This document shows, piece after piece, positions 60,766-64,000 of a stretch of 64,000 nt of DNA. The translations under genes were made by a program, and so were the position numbers. The stretch is from Alloascoidea hylecoeti (taxonomy: Eukaryota): NCBI GenBank assembly GCA_001600815.1, contig BCKZ01000005.1, positions 9,532 through 73,531 of the forward strand, read 5' to 3'. Under the pieces are notes generated by a model, which made no database searches, had not been told where the DNA came from, and saw only the letters and a list, made by a program, of their open reading frames with translations. Each line of letters starts with the position of its first letter. Position 1 is the first letter of the stretch.

Positions 60766-63289
60766 GATAAAACAATAGTTCTGCTATAAGTTTTGTAACT
60801 GAAATTCTCAAGTTCCGCAATATAAACTAGATTTAAACCTCCTAGATATGACAATATGCCCCAACACCTATAAATAACGCTTTTACCTCGGAAATCCATT
60901 GAAATACAGTAATCAATGCATATGTCTTTGATTCATACTCTAGATGTGTATTCTGTAAGTAGTCTCTTTGGACAAGGGAAAATATAATATAGAGCCTTTA
61001 GTTATAGGCTACCACCCTTCCAAAAGCAATAAATAATAATTATATATGCGGTTCGTTGATTTTTATAGTCCTAATTTAACTTCATTAACTATAACTGGTA
61101 TTGATTACCTATTATAATTACTATGTCACTAATATATACTTAATATCATAATTGTGATAATATTTATTTTATATTTTTTTTAATGTTTTTGTTGTAAGAT
61201 TTCTTCTACGTATACGAGTTAGAGTATTGAACTCATTATCATTTTTTTCAGTCATTGAAAAGCCAAAATTAAGAAAATTTCTACACCTCAATAAGGATTA
61301 CAAAAAAATATATATTAGATATAATATCAAAATTATGAGATTAAATAGCTTTTAGTGATAGTATTTTTGATAATTAATATATGTTTTTAGTTTTCCAATT
61401 CGTGACAATTTAAGCTAGCCTAAAATTAGTAGACTGGCGATATAATTTGCTCATGATGATGTCTCACTCCTTTTTTGGGAGGTTTTCTACGATTTAATAG
61501 CGCTATGAATAGGTGAGAAATACAGGAAAATTTCATTTTTTTCATTTAAAGGGGTTGTTGCGACTGTAAGCTTATTCCTGTGAAACGGGAGTTACTATTG
61601 TATAAGAGATTTAGAATCATCATCTATAATTACATTATTATCAATCTCAAGGAATTTATTAACCTTATGAATTCATGAAAATTATAATTAGCGAGTACAA
61701 CCTCAATATGAAAAAAAAAAAAAATTTTGAAATAAGTAGTCGATGATGATATTGAAGTTTAAAAGAAAACCCAAAATCCAGCTACAGTTTCAGCTGTAAT
61801 TTTACAAGGGAAACAATATATGCTATTATTATAACGATGCGCGATTCAAAACAAATAATGAATGTAAGAGTTAAGCTCAGATTAAATCAAAATGCAATTT
61901 GAAATACTAGTTTTAAGATATTTAGCTACGATAAAGAATTCAAAAGATAGGATGCTATATTTGATTACTTGAAAGTTTCATGGGAAAAAACTATTAATAT
62001 AAGCCTTATATAAGAGAATTTATTATATTTTATTGATATTATTAAAACAAATGATATTCCAATTTTAGGAGATCTAGATTCAATTTTTAAAAGATGTTAT
62101 TGTTTTTGATTCAGTTAATCTTTAGTTTAAGCTAAATGAAGATAAAATTAAGGTAAAAATAACGTTGAAGCTATTCCCAGGAAGATGTTTTGATTTCGAT
62201 GATCTCTAGCATAAGCTTAAATAAATTAAGCTACTAATAACCTTGGAGATATTAAATTCGGAATGGAGTTACATACTCTTCATGTTCTAAAGCTTTGGAT
62301 AAAGATAATTTATTTATTCTCTTTTTGATCCTCGAATCCTTTTCGGTAGGCAGTAGTTATTTTTTTTATATACTGTTCAAACTTTTAATATCGTGAATAT
62401 TTAATTACTGGGTGATAAGAATAGAATAAGAATGAGAATAATAAGTCAACCTGGTTAACTTCGGGTAATACCGCCAGTGTCCGATCAACTTCCGACATGA
62501 ACTATAAAATCACTATCATTAGACTATAGTCTAATAAATATCTATTTTTATCTAGCGATTAAGCTTAGCTATATTACAGTATGTATGTACTCAAAGGGAC
62601 TTACATTCTTATCGCGCTTTATCCGAAATAGCACCTCCACGCAACAAGGAGTGAAAGAATTTTTTTTGCTATTGTAGGGAAAAATAATAGTTAAGGTTTT
62701 ATGAAAGTTGAAGATATTTAGCCACAGGCGGCGATTACTGAGGGAGCCACCAAAAAAATTGATCAGAGGTACTAGACTGCTAGTCTAAAGACTAGACAAT
62801 GAGGTTTCTGTAATGTGTAAAGTGTACTTATCTTGCGTTGTTAATGTATTTAAGGTTCCTTTTCCGGAGCATCTAGTGCAATATCACACCCACAATGTAA
62901 TACACCAACCACAACTACTTTTAAACCCACACATTTAAATGTTGTAACCGTATTGTTCAAGGTTATTTAACTTAACTTCGGTGTAGCTAGTTAAAATCTA
63001 AGATTTACATTTAGGTTTACAGTATATCGCTAATTAAAACGTTAATTTTGAGCTCAGATAATTAAACCGTTATGTCACTTTTTCTTATTTTTACGCTAAA
63101 GGTTGTGATAGAAACATTTTGAAATTTCGGAGTGATTACAAGTATGAGTGAAGCAGTACAAAATTATATCGGTAATTCAAATCAAAGCATAACGTCAAAA
63201 ATCAAATTGTTTATGATGGTTAACATATAAATGGGGTAACATTTAATTTTAATCACAATGTATTACTTTTATTTGTGGTTAACGTTTTT

Positions 63290-63800
63290 CTATAAGTTTT
63301 ATAATTTTATAGTTTTATGGTTTTATAGTTTTATAGTTTTATAGATCTAGATTTTACTGTTGGTAACATAATTAATTCCTCATCTTTTTTTTCGTATTAG
63401 TAATATTATTATAAAAAAAATTGTTACACAAAAAGAAAAATAATTAATTAATCTTTTTCTATATTATTGTAAATTTGTGAATTGCAAAATGGAAAATAAC
63501 AATTGCAATTGTAGGTTAAGTTGAAAAGATTTTATAGTTAAGTGATTTATTTTTTTTCAATTTTATTTTATTCATTTTTATATTTATATTTCATTTTTTT
63601 TTTTTTTTTTTTTTCTCATTTTTATCTCGAATTCTTTATTATTAATTAAACAAAAACAAAAAAAAGAAAAGAAAAGAAAGAAAGGAAAGAAAAGGAAAGA
63701 AAAATTAACAACTAACAATAATACCAATAATAAAAGATAAAAGATAAAAGATTAAAGATAAAGATAAAAATAAGAAATATAAAGGATAAGGAAAGTAATA
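63290..63800. repeat. Low-complexity tract: TTTTATAG repeats, poly-T, and GAAAA/AAAGAT purine repeats
   Basis: Directly visible at 63290-63345, 63590-63615 and 63655-63790. Confidence 0.7.
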
Positions 63801-64000
63801 AGGATTTGGTTGTGACGATTAGTAGATAGGTTATAACAATTTATAATTAGTAATAACAATAAAATAACGATAACGATAAAGCAATAGCAAAATTAAAAAT
63901 AAAAAGTACTAGTAAAAAATTCAAATTAAAAAGACATAAAAAAAAAAGTATTATGTTATAGGTATATTTATGATTAGTTGTATGGTATATATATCATTGT

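Overview
AT-rich, intron-rich budding-yeast (Saccharomycotina-like) nuclear DNA. Introns are short (mostly 55-100 nt) with GTAAGT/GTATGT donors and RCTAAY-like branch points. CTG occurs at conserved Leu positions (CUL3 YNLVLR, SLA1 ELSI), which suggests the standard code. From left to right: a decayed Ty1/copia pol; a ~1.35-kb degenerate inverted-repeat structure built from AATATTCGACCA modules; a dense housekeeping block (SFH1, NKP2, TAD3, BUD6, SWC4, CUL3, an orphan gene, YME1, LEU1, SLA1, IME4); a BZZ1-like pseudogene; CTP1, BSD2, COX20, tRNA-Phe(GAA), an SDR, an ADH4-type Fe-ADH, a C-terminally truncated-looking MCM4, an orphan gene, a divergent intronless PP1 and PRP19. Next is an accessory region (46-57 kb) with three tandem DUF2235/Tle1-like hydrolase genes and a fourth relic. 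One of the three has lost its catalytic Ser and His, and the array is interrupted by a chimeric RRP9/old-yellow-enzyme pseudogene. The window ends with SHR3 and a gene-poor tail holding a small 45-bp-repeat, tail-anchored ORF. All gene names come from recognising motifs by eye; no database search was run.
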